Shown: positions 43,175 through 60,639 of the stretch, one piece after another | Layout: the number at the start of each line of letters is the position of its first letter | How positions within the stretch are numbered: position 1 is the stretch's first letter | Source of the DNA: the human T2T-CHM13v2.0 reference genome, Homo sapiens | Length of the DNA stretch: 64,000 nt | NCBI RefSeq assembly: GCF_009914755.1 | Contig: NC_060925.1 | Reading direction: 5' to 3' (one strand) | Notes under the pieces: model-generated | Databases searched by the model: none | What the model was told of the DNA's origin: nothing | What the model saw: only the letters and a program-made list of their open reading frames with translations | Program-made: the position numbers and the translations under genes

Positions 43175-44468
43175 CCTAATATAACATGGCTGAAATTCAA
43201 TTTCTGCTCTCCTCAAATAAATGGCTCTTTCTGTATCTTCCCCGATATAGTTAATGATGACTCAGTTCTTCCAATCACTCAGGCTAAAAATGTTAGAGTC
43301 ATCCTTGACTCTTCCCTTCCTCTATTCCCTTCCTCTATACCTTCCATTCAATCTGTCGGAAAACCCTGATGACTCCACTTTCAAAATGTGCCCAGCATCT
43401 GAGCATTTCTCTCTACCTCCACTGATACTATCCTGATGGAAGCCATCATCACCTCTCAAGGAGATTACTGCAATAGCTTTCTAATTGATATCTAGACCGT
43501 GCCCCTTCAGTCTATTAATGTAGGGCCTGAGAGTGATCCTATTAAACATTAGTCATTTCTGTTCAAAACCTTCTAATAGCTTTCAATCTCACTCAGGTTA
43601 AAGCCAAAGCTTTCAACATGGCTGACAATGTCCCACATTTTCTATCTTCCAACCCTCTTCCCTGCTCCATTACCACTCCCACCTTCTGTCCTCCAATCAC
43701 CTCCCTTGCTCCCACTGTGGGAGATCATGGGCCTCCTGGCTGTGTCTTGACTCAACACAGGCTCATCCCACATGGGGCCCTTTCACTGGATGTGCCTCCC
43801 TCTGCGGCTCTCTTCCCCGAGACATTCCCAACGTTCTCCCCTCTTCTCCTTTGAGGCTTTTCCAAGTGTTGCCATCCACCTTCTCAGGAAGGTCTTCCTC
43901 CATCAACTTATTTTAAATAGCACCACCATTCTGCCCCTAAAGTCCCTGCTATCTTCCCTGCTTTCTTTCTTTTTAGAGCACATATCACCATTCAATATCC
44001 CATATATATTACTTATTAAAAGTTTCTGTAGGCCGGGCATGGTGGCTCATGCCTGTCATCCTGGCACTTCGTAAGTGGAGGCCAAGGCAGGCAGATCACA
44101 AGGTTAAGAGTTCAAGACGAGCCTGGCCAACATGGTGAAACCCCGTCTCTACTAAAATACAAAAATTAGCTGAGTGTGGTAATGGGTGCCTGTAATCCCA
44201 ACTACTCAGGAGGCTGAGGCAGGAGAATCGCTTGAACACACAAGGTGGAGGTTGCATTGAGCCGAGATCGTGCCATTACACTCCAGCCTGGGTGATGAGC
44301 TAAACTCCACCTCAAAAAAAAAAAAAAAAAGTTTTTATAAATTATTTGTCTTCCATATTAGAGCCACATAAGGGAAAGATTTTAATTTTGTTCAGTAATG
44401 TTTACTCAACATCTAAAACTATAGCTGGCCCATATTAGCTACTCAGTAGATTTTATTGAATGATGAGT
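43175..44468 (+). mobile_element. L2a 3' region interrupted by an Alu
   Basis: gagtcatccttgactcttccc, gattactgcaatagc motifs. Confidence 0.85.
44031..44326 (+). mobile_element. AluSg-like
   Basis: Full dimer; TSD aaaagttt(c/t)t(g/a)ta. Confidence 0.95.
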
Positions 44469-44474
44469 AAACAG

Positions 44475-46300
<1,826 letters not shown>

Positions 46301-46309
46301 CAAGGCAGC

Positions 46310-46467
46310 TTGCCTTGAGAGACTATTTAAAATATAGATTATTGAGCCAAACCTTAGAGAATATGATTCAGCAGATCTGGGGTATGGCCTGATGATCTAT
46401 GTTTCTCACGAGTGACCACGGTGATTGTGATACCGTCTGTCCCAAGAAAGGCATTTAGGAACCAATG
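46310..46467. mobile_element. MER5A
   Basis: tgattcagcagatctggggtatggcctg motif. Confidence 0.7.
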
Positions 46468-47593
46468 AGAGATAAATATGGGAGTGTCCACAAAAGGGTA
46501 TCATCACATAGGGCTCAGATGGTGAAAAAGCATTCAAAGAAGAGGTGGGACTTGAGGACAGGGACATATTTGCTGACCGGCTCATTCATTTCAAGGCAAA
46601 CCCTTGGGGGCTGATTTCTCTGGAAATAAGGATACTGGAACACATACATCTCTTCAGGAATGGAGAGAAAAATTCAGAAAAATGAATGAGAAAAATATAT
46701 TAAACGATTTGCCCAGACACACTTGATGGAGAGGAAAATTACCATGTAAATACCAGTTCAAAAACGTTACATAGGAGTGAAAATATCTCAGTGGGCATTG
46801 GGATTTTGTTCAGCCTGAAATTTTATTGTTGGTTTGAAGATAAATGCCTTCCTCTCTATGAAGTAATTTCCTCCCTCCGTATTCAGATGTCATGAAACCT
46901 TTGCCATGCCTGTGGCTGTTCTGCCTTACACTGAGCTTATTATTGGTGGTGAATGCCTATACAGGACATTGAAAAAACAGAATATAGGCAGCTTTTCACT
47001 CTCTGCCAGAGTTGAGGTTGGAAAATAATTTTTTTTCTGACTCTAAGTATACACTTAAAAAGAACTGCCAGTTTATCAGAAGGGCCAGGTCAATTTGAGA
47101 AAATTGTTTGGTGCAGAGTGCTGACTTAATAGTGTCTAAAAGAGGAAAGCAGCATGCCAGCAGGGCTTGAAAGAAATAAACAGGTGTTGTCACTGCAGGA
47201 ATGCATTAACCCTGGAGTTATCAATGTTGGCCATTTGGGGCTACTGTGAATAGGCGTACAAAATTCCAGAAGGATGAGATAACATGAGAGACACAAAAGT
47301 AAAGTGAATAAGCCATTTGGAGATGGGCCTACACTCACATTTTCTCTAACTGTGGCCAGTGCACAAACTTTTTCAGTGATACTAGGGGACTGAACAAGGA
47401 AGGCAATAGTAAGTGGTGAAGAACTCTTCGTTTCTGAGTTCATTTCAGTCTCTGAAACTTCCTTGCTTTATAACTTGCTTTATAATAAAGTAGTTATTAT
47501 CTAACCACTTTTATGTCTCAGTTTCTTCATCAAAAGAAAGTTGATAATCATCGTATTCAGCCCATAAGTTTGTGTTAATAATTTAATGAAATA

Positions 47594-47935
<342 letters not shown>

Positions 47936-48779
47936 TCATAGTAAATGTTGAACAAATGCTAAGTATCAAGAGGTTATTGTTCAGTTTAGTAACACTCTCA
48001 TAAATTAATCCCAAGCACATCGCAGCAAATTTTAACATCAGCACGGTACATTAACATATGAAAAACAAAGAAGCATAAATAAATGGTTTATCTAAGGCGT
48101 CAAGAGAAGAATGTGTTTGAGCTGGAATTCAGCAAGACTGAGACAGAAGCAAAAACAGAATGCCATTTATGAAAGAGAAGGATTTTTTAAATAGTTGAAA
48201 TGTGAACAAAATATATTCCAGATTTTTTAATCCAGCAAGTTTTCTTATTATTAGCTGTAACTCGATGACTTAGAGTCCACCAAACAATTGTCCATCTTCT
48301 CATCTAATTCAACTTGGTAAGCATTTTTCTACTCTTACTGATATTGTGTCAAAAACTAAAGAAAACGCCATAATAAAGTTGGGGGGAGGTCATGGGTATA
48401 AACAAAAGGCTGTGAGAGAATACAGTGGTCAGGAGCGTATATAGTGGGTTCTGGGATCATAACGAAATCAGGCAACTTAACCTAAGTTTCTATTTCCTCA
48501 TCTACAAAATAAGGATAATAAAGTACTCATCTCTGGATAGTTGCCGTAATGTCTAATGGGATGATAAATCAGTGCATTTGCTATGGTGGTAGTGATTACT
48601 GTTAATAATGATAAATGCACATTCTCTATCCCTGTTTTCTTCCCAACTCACTGGCTGTTTCTTCTCTGTCTCCTCGGCTGCACATTCTCTTCCTGACTTC
48701 TCTATCCGTACTCCCTCTCTAAAGGATCTCATATAGGCTCATGGTTTTAAATACTGTCAATATAGCATTGAGTCCTAAA

Positions 48780-49015
48780 AGGGCCTGGACCAGGGTTCGG
48801 CAAGTGAGGCACTAGGCTCAAACTTAAAATTTCAGGGGTATCCAAAAATTTAATAATCACTATTATATAATTGATAAATAATATTTCAATACAATATTTT
48901 TAGAAAGATAATGAAAACCCAAAAATGCATCATTAACAAAATATGTGCATTTTAGTAAAGACAGATCGGTATTATTGGTTTTTCCTTCTGCCTCAGGCCC
49001 CAGTATGGCACTGTG
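48780..49015. mobile_element. MER96B-like hAT element
   Basis: gcaagtgaggcact..aaagacagatcggtattattggtttttccttctgcctcaggc. Confidence 0.7.
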
Positions 49016-49148
49016 CTCTGTCCTCTCCTCTGAGCTACAGTATTGGGAATCACACTGTCCACTAGGAAGCTTGCCATGCATCTTTCAATGGCATCTCAAA
49101 CGTGACATGTTAAAAACAGCTACTGATTCTTCCCCACCACCACACCCA

Positions 49149-49418
49149 ACATGCACACACACATGCACACACACATGCGCACAGACACACACATGCACAC
49201 ATGTACACAAGACATGCATACACACATGCATGTATACACATGCACACACAGGTACACAAAGGCACACACAGACACATGCATGCACACAGACAGGCAAATA
49301 TATATGCACACACAGGTGCATATACATGCACACACGTACACACATGCACACACGTTTACACGCATGCACACACAGGCACACACATGCACGCACTGGCACA
49401 CACACATGCACACACACA
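49149..49418 (+). repeat. Degenerate (CA)n/(CATG) alternating purine-pyrimidine tract
   Basis: Direct reading; explains the HT/CV ORFs. Confidence 0.92.
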
Positions 49419-50467
49419 ACTCCTAGTCTTCTAGTCTTTCTTATCTAAGAGAATGGCTCTACTATTCACACATGGCCAAAAAACCTGAAATTAAAATCCT
49501 CCTTGATTCCACTTTTTCTTCACTTTCCACATCAATCTATTGGCACATCCTATCGATATCAATTCCAAAATGTATCTTGAACCAATTTCTCACATCTCCA
49601 TCACTACAAATTCAACCCAGGCCACCATCATTTCCATTCTCAGGCTGCTGCAGTAGCATCCTAACTGGCAGTCCTGTTTCTACTCGTATCCTCTCGTATA
49701 GAAGCCAGAATGACATTCTTGAAGGGTCATTCCCGGGCATGAGGTACAAATGGCTTCCCACTGTGATTAGAAATAAAACCCACACCCTGCTCCTCCCTGC
49801 CTTCTGACCTCACTTTGCACCACTCTTCCCCCCTTCCCCACAGTACGGCAATACTGATCTTTCCTCTGTGCCTTGAATAGGAAAGAATACGGAGCATCCT
49901 CCTGCCTCGTGGGATTTGCACTTGCTGAATGCTTGTCCCCACTTGCCTTACTGCTCACTCGCCACTCACCCAGGTATCTGCTTAAATGCCATCTCCTGGG
50001 ATAGACTTCCCTTCATCTTTCTTTTTAAATGCCAGCTGCTTATCTTCCTTCCAATTTATTCTCTCATTTTCTTTCACAGCACTTATCATTAGCTCATATG
50101 TTATATATTTCCTTATATATCTGATAATTTTCTTTCTCCCTTGTTAATTGTCTCAGAGCAGAGACATTGTTGTATTCACTGTAATGGCCCCAGAGCATAG
50201 AATAATGACTGTCACTTACATGAATACCAGAAACGGACTTTAAATGAGATGTTTATTGAAGCTATTTGTAACTATATAAAATTGGAAACAACTTAAAAGT
50301 TTGGTTAAATCTCAGGCTTTGTCTAAGTGAGACAAATGTTCAAAAAATATGAATTAGCATGTATAAATATACATTTTTAAATGATGAAAAATAGATTAAA
50401 AACTAGCGTTAACAATGGTTGTCTCTGAATAAAGGAAGCAAGGATCATCACTTTCCTTTACATTTTC

Positions 50468-51822
<1,355 letters not shown>

Positions 51823-52213
51823 CTATCTTTGCTTTTTTACTTTTAGATTTTCTTTGGTAAGTAATTTATCATTTTAAGGCTTTAGAATAGAAAAATGTAT
51901 CTGATAATGAATATTACTAAAGCTTTGAAAGCATGAAGTCATTTGTGAGTAACTGAGTAGAACTAGCTAGGTAATTATGAAACAAATCTATAATTCATAG
52001 TCACTTTTGGTATGTGTTTTTAATCAATCAAAACAGAAGAATGAGTTCAGCTACTGACTGAAGAGAGCGGCAGTGTAAGAAGACAGGACAAATTTTGCTC
52101 AGGGTTACCATTTTCATATTCTGCGTGAAAGGAAAAGGACAGGGAGTAACCAGAAGCGATGGATCAGAATCGCTTCAGAAGGAGCAATATGTTCTTTCCA
52201 AGAGATCCCCATG

Positions 52214-52398
52214 CAGAGTTTCCAGATATTATACAGGATGATGAGTTACATTTGAATTGCAAATAAATAACAGAATTCTTTAGTATCAGTATGCATCAGA
52301 TACTGCATGAGATGTACTTAAAATAAAAATTAGTTGTTTATCGAAATTCAAATTTAATAGACATCCTGTATTTTTATTTGCTAAATCTGGCAACCCTA
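52214..52398. mobile_element. MER53 palindromic MITE, full length
   Basis: Ends ttgctaaatctggcaacccta; internal inverted arms. Confidence 0.85.
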
Positions 52399-52544
52399 TT
52401 ACCAAGCCAGTTTTGAATGGAAAATCCTGTACCATTCGAAGAGAAGGAGATTAAACCTCCAGAGACCAGGGCTTCCCATTCTCTGAAACCCTTTCTATTG
52501 GGATCAGGGGGAGGTACACCCGAGATTTATTTATTTAAAAAAGT

Positions 52545-52842
52545 GGCCGGACACAGTGACTCAAGCCTGTAATCCCAGCACTTTGGGAGGCCAAAGTGGG
52601 CAGATCACCTGAGGTTGGGAGTTCGAGACCAGCCTGACCAACATGGAGAAACCCCGTCTCTCCTAAAAATACAAAATTAGCTGGGCGTGGTGGCACATGC
52701 CTGTAATCCCAGCTACTTGGGAGGCTGAGGCAGGAGAATAGCTTGAACCCGGGAGGCGGAAGTTGTGTGAGCCGAGACCACGCCACTGCACTCCAGCCTG
52801 GGTAACAGAGTGGTACTCCATCTCAAAAAAAAAAAAAAAAAA
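52545..52842 (+). mobile_element. AluSp
   Basis: cctgaccaacatggagaaacccc; TSD aaaaaagt. Confidence 0.95.
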
Positions 52843-52964
52843 GTATGACAACCTACCCTGTGTTGGGCATGTGCTGTAGATAATATGGAGAATAAGAAGA
52901 ACATGGGCCTGCTCTCAAGGTAAGAGACAAGGACTCTGGAGCTTCACTCTGACTGTAATATAAT

Positions 52965-53390
52965 CAACTTAGACATGATGTGCATGATGTCATTTACATA
53001 CAGTTCAAAATCAGGCAAAATAAATGATGCTGTTTGGCATAATAATATATGTAGGAAAATATAAAGAAATGGAAGAGAACAATAAACATAAAATTCAGGA
53101 GACAGCTACCTCTGGAAAGGCAGAGAAAGGGATTCATTTATGCCAGAAAAGAAAGGGCCCTCCACATTATTAGTAATGTTCTCTCTCCCAAGTTGTGTTA
53201 TGGGAATAGAATTTTCTGTTAAACTACCATGCTTTATAATTGCAATGTGTATTATATTACATGTTATTTACTTTTAGGTATAATTTATAGTAGACTACAC
53301 AAATGTTAAGTGGATGGCTTGGTGAATTTTCACCTGCATACATATCCATATCATCTTCATTTTGTATCAAATATTTCACAATACAAATGA
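52965..53390 (+). mobile_element. L1MC/ME 3' end
   Basis: agttcaaaatcaggcaaaa..aaaattcagga..acctctgg. Confidence 0.6.
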
Positions 53391-53415
53391 AAACTGATTT
53401 CGAGTTTACCTGTAA

Positions 53416-53722
<307 letters not shown>

Positions 53723-54753
53723 TTGAATGTTTTTTTAACCAAGGTTGTTAACGGTCAATCCATTACCATTTTATCCTTTGATCAAAGACAGTGGCTGCTC
53801 CAAAAGGAAATCCAATACTTCTGTTAAAATGCCAATGTCGTTTAAGGGTTAAAAACTCAAGACTGACTTTCTCAGAAAGGAAACCTTTTTCGTCCTAAAA
53901 TTAAAAAGTTCCTTACAAAATACATGATTTAAAAAATGATATTTCTCCAAGATGGATGTGCAACGTGTTGCAGGAAGGATCCACAGCAGCCCACACGAGG
54001 AGGAGCACTCGAGCAGAAGAAGCCAATGGCTTTCGCAGGGACTATTGAATTTCAATTTCCTCCCACATGCTTCATACACCCTCTGTGGATGGGCAGACAG
54101 GCTTTCTAAATCTCACATCATTCTTAATCAAACACATAGCCATTTAAAAAAATACCTACCCATTTCAAGGATACTAAATCCAGCATAAACCTAATTTTTA
54201 ATATTTTAATGTTTCCTGAGGAAAAGTTAACTAAACTTTACCCTAAATCTTCCATGTATGTTAAACTTAGATGGCATAATTATCATAATTTTGCTAGTTC
54301 ACCTGAAAAATAGGCCGTAACTCGAGCACTCTGACAGCCAACAAGATGCGAAGAAAGTCACAGGCTGACCGATGTGGAGGTTGTTGGCAGTCACTGGAGG
54401 TTATGCAATGTACAGAATCAGTAGGAAGAAAGTGTAAGTTACTCATTTTTCCAGCGAAACAGTTGTCACCATATGTCAATTGATTCTACATACACAGAAG
54501 CCCATCCAACTTTGGACATTTTTATCATGGAGAAAAAGACGTTTTTGTCCAAATGGAGAATAATGAAAAGTGTCTGCTTTATCCTACCACATTGAAACAG
54601 AGGCAGACCTCCAGGGGGCTTTAAAATTATGTGCTATTCCTACCTTTAATTTAGAAAATGTTCATGTACAGTCTTTTCCTATGAAATGAAGCAGCTTTAG
54701 ATGTTTAAGCTGTAATTTGTAAATATGACTTCAAGCTCATGTTTCTTTGTATT

Positions 54754-54935
54754 CTAAATGGCGTGACTGAATCAGGATTAGGCAGGTCAAAAAGAGTCTT
54801 CCTACTTCAAAAGATGAGGACTGCTAAGAAGCCCTACACCCATCTTTTCCTCTCCTGATGTATGAAATTAGTTGCATTACAGCTTCATTTGTTTGTGTTG
54901 GAGTCTATCTTTTCCCATTAGGTCTGTTCGAAAAC
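54754..54935 (+). repeat. 182-bp dispersed direct repeat, copy 1
   Basis: 169/182 identical, ungapped, to 56369-56550. Confidence 0.95.
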
Positions 54936-54957
54936 CACTTTTAACATACTGTGTGCT

Positions 54958-55394
54958 CAATAGCAGAGATATGGAATCAACCCAAGTGTTCATCAATGGA
55001 TGATTGGACAAAGAAAATGTGGTATATCTGCACAATGGACTACTATTCCGCCATAAAGAAGGAACAAAATTATGTGCAGCAACAAGGATGGAAATGTAGG
55101 CCATCATCTTGAGTGAAACCAGCCAGGCACTGAAAGTCAAATATTGCATGTTCTCACTCATAAGGAAGTGCCACAAAATGTGTACACCTTGACTTAGAGA
55201 GTGGGATGATGGACAATGGAGCCTTGGAAGGGTGAGGAGGTGGGAGGGGAGTAGATGATAATAAATTACTTAATGGGTACATTGTACATTATTTGGGTGA
55301 TGGGTACACTAAAAGTCCTGACTTGACCACTGCATAATCCATGCATGTGATCAATTTGCACTTGCACCCCATAAATTTACACCAAAAAAAAAAA
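54958..55394 (+). mobile_element. L1PB4-like 3' end
   Basis: aaattacttaatgggtac..gggtgatgggtacactaaaag, polyA. Confidence 0.85.
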
Positions 55395-56368
55395 CCAGGG
55401 ACTTAGTAAATATCTTGTTAATCCATCAAGACAGCACTTGTAAATGCTCTCTGCTGAGGGATAAAACTTTGGTCCTATGTTTTCTCAAGGAAAAAACTCA
55501 CGGCTAGGTATCAGAGCAAAAGAAAGGAAGTTGACTTGTACTGTCAGAAACAGGTGCCGCGGCAGGCATTTTTCTATTCCTTGTAATTAATTCACACAAG
55601 CACGATATGAGATGGGCATTATTCCATTTGCTGTTCTTCTTATGACTCCTGTTTTAGCTGGTAAATCAATAGATGTTCAGGCAGCTTGTTAATTATTCCA
55701 GGCCACATAACCACTAAATTGACAGGATGCAAACCATGAATTTCTGGCTCCAAATCTCAAGCCTCTGTTTGGTTTGTTTTGTTTTTTCCCACTAAAATGC
55801 TTCCTATTTACTATCTTTTTATATCAAACAGCCTGCATCAGATGACTCACCTAAAATTATATTCTTCTCTGGTTTCACTCAGATAGGTTAAGATTGAGAG
55901 ATGGTGCAGTTTTATTGCTAGGTTTTAGGATTTGTATATTACGATAAGGTCCTTCATGTTCAACTGTGAAAAGGGACTTCACACAGCTCCAACCATCCAG
56001 GGCTCAGAGACTTAATTATGAGGCCTGCTTTGTCTGGGTTGGATGTCTCAGGAAGAGAGTGCCCAGGTTTTAGATGAGGTTCAGATCCTGGTTGATGGAT
56101 TTTGCCAAGGTAATGAAGACAGCTATTAAGATAGAGGACTGATTCTATCTGTCTCTTTGCCAGAGGCGAAGATGATTGTTGATCATTAAAACATGAGGCA
56201 AAGCAGGGAAAAGACATTAACCCAGGATCACAAAATCTCATCCATAAGAGTTGATCTGCTTAGTAATGCATCTGGCTTACATGCAGTCTTCAGAGATGTC
56301 AGAAAGTGCCTGGAAGTAGGGAGTGGTCTAAAGAATTTGCTCAGAGATTAAGCTACATGCGATTAGAC

Positions 56369-56550
56369 CTAAATGGCATGACTGAGTCAGACCTAGGCAG
56401 GTCAAAAAGAGTCTTCCCACTTCAGAAGATGAGGACTGCTAAGAAACCCTACACACATCTTTTCCCCTCCTGATGTATGAAGTTAGTTGCATTATATCTT
56501 CATTTGTTTGTGTTGGAGTCTATCTTTTCCCATTAGGTCTGTTCGAAAAC
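56369..56550 (+). repeat. 182-bp dispersed direct repeat, copy 2
   Basis: 169/182 identical, ungapped, to 54754-54935. Confidence 0.95.
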
Positions 56551-57695
56551 ATAATTATCTTGTGAGATACGCTAAGTTCCTCACAACGTAAGGAAGATGA
56601 GTTTGCCAGACCTTTTCCCCAACTGAAGGGGCAGTCCTCAGATCGTAAAAGTGAAGAAAATGACAGGGGTTAGTGCCTGCTGGTAAACAACTGATTTCCC
56701 TGACTTTCCCATTTTATTTAGGGCAGCACCAAATAACAGGTTCTTGGTGGTTGTGGTTGCGATCAAGTTAGCAGCCTAATAGAGCACGCCCCATTGTAAT
56801 GGAGCATAGCCGTGCGTATTGGAGGAGGCTCGGGCCCTGGAATAGGGCTGGGAAGAAGTGTTTCTAGACAAGCAGGCTTTTCAGCAGAGTCCCTATCACC
56901 CTGGGAGCCAGCTCTAGTGAACCTCAAAAGTATCCCTGCTGCCACGTGGTACATTTGCATCCAGGTACCAATAGTGAAGAGAAATAGTGGTTACGACAGA
57001 CTCCTATCTCCAGTACCCTCGCAGCTGCTTCTCTGCTCCAGAGAATAACATGTTCTATTACCTCACTTGGAAAACTCTAAAGATCATGAAGGTCACCACA
57101 CATTAAATTAACCTTGGATACACTCTCCAAAAATTACATTTTTTTTTCAACTGCAGGATCACGGAATTTTAGAGCAGAAAAGAACCTCAGAGATTACCTG
57201 GTCCAGCTGTTCTCATTTCACAAATGAGGTAACCAGCAAAATATTTTAGACCTGTACCAGCCTTCTGACCTTTCAACAGAAATACACACACCAAATTTGT
57301 ATGTCCTGTTTTAAACCTCTTAGAGAAAAAACAGACAGGGAAGATAAAAGTTCTGCATATTCTTACAGAAAAAAAATTAAGTAGAAAAAATCATCGTGCC
57401 TCAACCAACATTCTATTTTGCATAGAGAAAATCGTAACAGAAAGGACTATTAATGTGAAATATTTGTTTTACCTAGGCATTTTAGAGTACACTGACACAC
57501 AGGTCACATGCATCTCAGCCTTCTGATGGGTTATTTGGATTTGATTCAGGCTCTGAATCAAGCTGATTCAAGGTGTGAGTAACATGACTTTGCATTTTGC
57601 TTAAGAAACCAAGTGCCTCAGTGATAGCAATGGAAGGATTTGTTATGCTATCTTATTCTGATTTCCAATCACTGATTCCAGCAAAATAACTACCG

Positions 57696-57698
<3 letters not shown>

Positions 57699-57752
<54 letters not shown>
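57699..57752 (+). repeat. (TC)27 microsatellite
   Basis: Direct reading. Confidence 0.97.
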
Positions 57753-57755
<3 letters not shown>

Positions 57756-57979
57756 ATATATATAAATCTCTCTGTCCATGGATATATATAAATCTATAGC
57801 ACAGAGATGTGGAGATTTCTGGGTTCACATGGTAGCAAATAAGAAATGCATAATAGGTTTGCTCACAACTTCCTATTTAAATACCAAGAATATCGAGCAA
57901 AGTATGATTCTAATTATACCATAAAATATAACTCTTTCTGTATATATATATATATATATGGCCATCAATCCTGTAATCT

Positions 57980-58342
57980 TATATTAGTCATACCAGAACA
58001 GGTTATATAGGTTATATGTGATAACAAATAAATTCAAAACTCGGCAATTGAACACAATAAAGATTTATCACCCACCAAATTAATATCCAGATTGTTCAGC
58101 CTTCTTTCATCTTGTGGCTGCACCAGCTTGGACACATGGCCTCCAAGATTTCAGTGGCAGAGGAAGAAAGCACTGAAAGGGGCACATGGCTCTAAACTGC
58201 CTTGGTCCATAAATGGCCCATGTCATTTTCGCACATGGATCATTAGCTAGGGCTAGTCATACAGGATGGACTCGAGTGCAAGAAGATTTGGAAATGAAGG
58301 AGAGGGCATAGAAATATGGTGAGCATTACTTTCTCTGCCACT
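57980..58342 (-). mobile_element. MLT1K/L-like LTR
   Basis: ttcatcttgtggctgcacc..gctagtcatac..tctctgcca. Confidence 0.7.
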
Positions 58343-58532
58343 AACCTTTTAACCACAAACCTGGAGGATCAGAGATTAAGAATCACTCCCACTAACAATC
58401 CCTAAGCCTGTGTTCATGAGCCCCACTAACCAACAAAACATATTATTATTCTGTAATTCGTCTTGATATCGTGTAACTTATGAAGGAAATTATAAAGTAA
58501 ATTATCACAACATATCCTATATTTTAAAAGTG

Positions 58533-58834
<302 letters not shown>

Positions 58835-58849
58835 TAAAAGTGGGGAAAG

Positions 58850-60030
<1,181 letters not shown>

Positions 60031-60075
60031 AAAGTTAGGAGCTCTGCTTGGTATGTAGAGAGCTGGAAAGAACAC

Positions 60076-60497
60076 TGATATGGTTTGGAGGTTTGTCTCT
60101 TCCAAATCTCATGTTGAAATGTCATTCCTGATGTTGGAGGTGGGGCCTGGTCAGGGGTAATTGGATCGCGGGGGCAGATCCTTTATGAATGGTTTAAGCA
60201 CCATCTCCCCTTAGTGACAGTGAGTTCTTGCACTAGGTTCACTTGAGAAAGATCTTGTTGTCTGAAAGTGTATGGCACCTCCCCCGTCTCTCTTGCTCCC
60301 ACTCTCACCATGTGACATGCTGGCTCCCTGCCACCTTCCACTATGATTGCAAACTTCCTGAGGCCTCACCAGAAGCAGATGGCAGCACCATGCTTCCTGT
60401 ACAGCCTGCAGAACCATAAGCCAATTAAACCTCTTTTCTATATAAATTACCCAGCCTCAAGTATTTCTTCATAGCAATGCAAAAACAGCCTAATACA
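60076..60497 (+). mobile_element. MST (MSTA/B) solo LTR
   Basis: TGATATGGTTTGG...TAATACA; TSD aaca(c/t). Confidence 0.92.
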
Positions 60498-60639
60498 AAC
60501 ATCACTCTCATCTTTAAAAACACACGCATACGAAGTCTGACAAACTGTAAGTTTATGACCATCTGTAAAGAATCTGAGGTTGCAAGGCAACTAAACAGCG
60601 TGAACTATAAAAAAAAAAAAGACATGTACTTCAGGGGAG

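Larger units (their letters stand above)
48620..50215 (+). mobile_element. L2 3' region with MER96B and CA-rich insertions
   Basis: ggcatctcaaac, tgcagtagcatcctaactgg, atttgcacttgctg motifs. Confidence 0.75.

Noticed and set aside
52214-52398. MER53 hairpin as a miR-1302-family precursor
   Set aside because: The segment matching the recalled mature sequence is heavily mutated in both MER53 copies.
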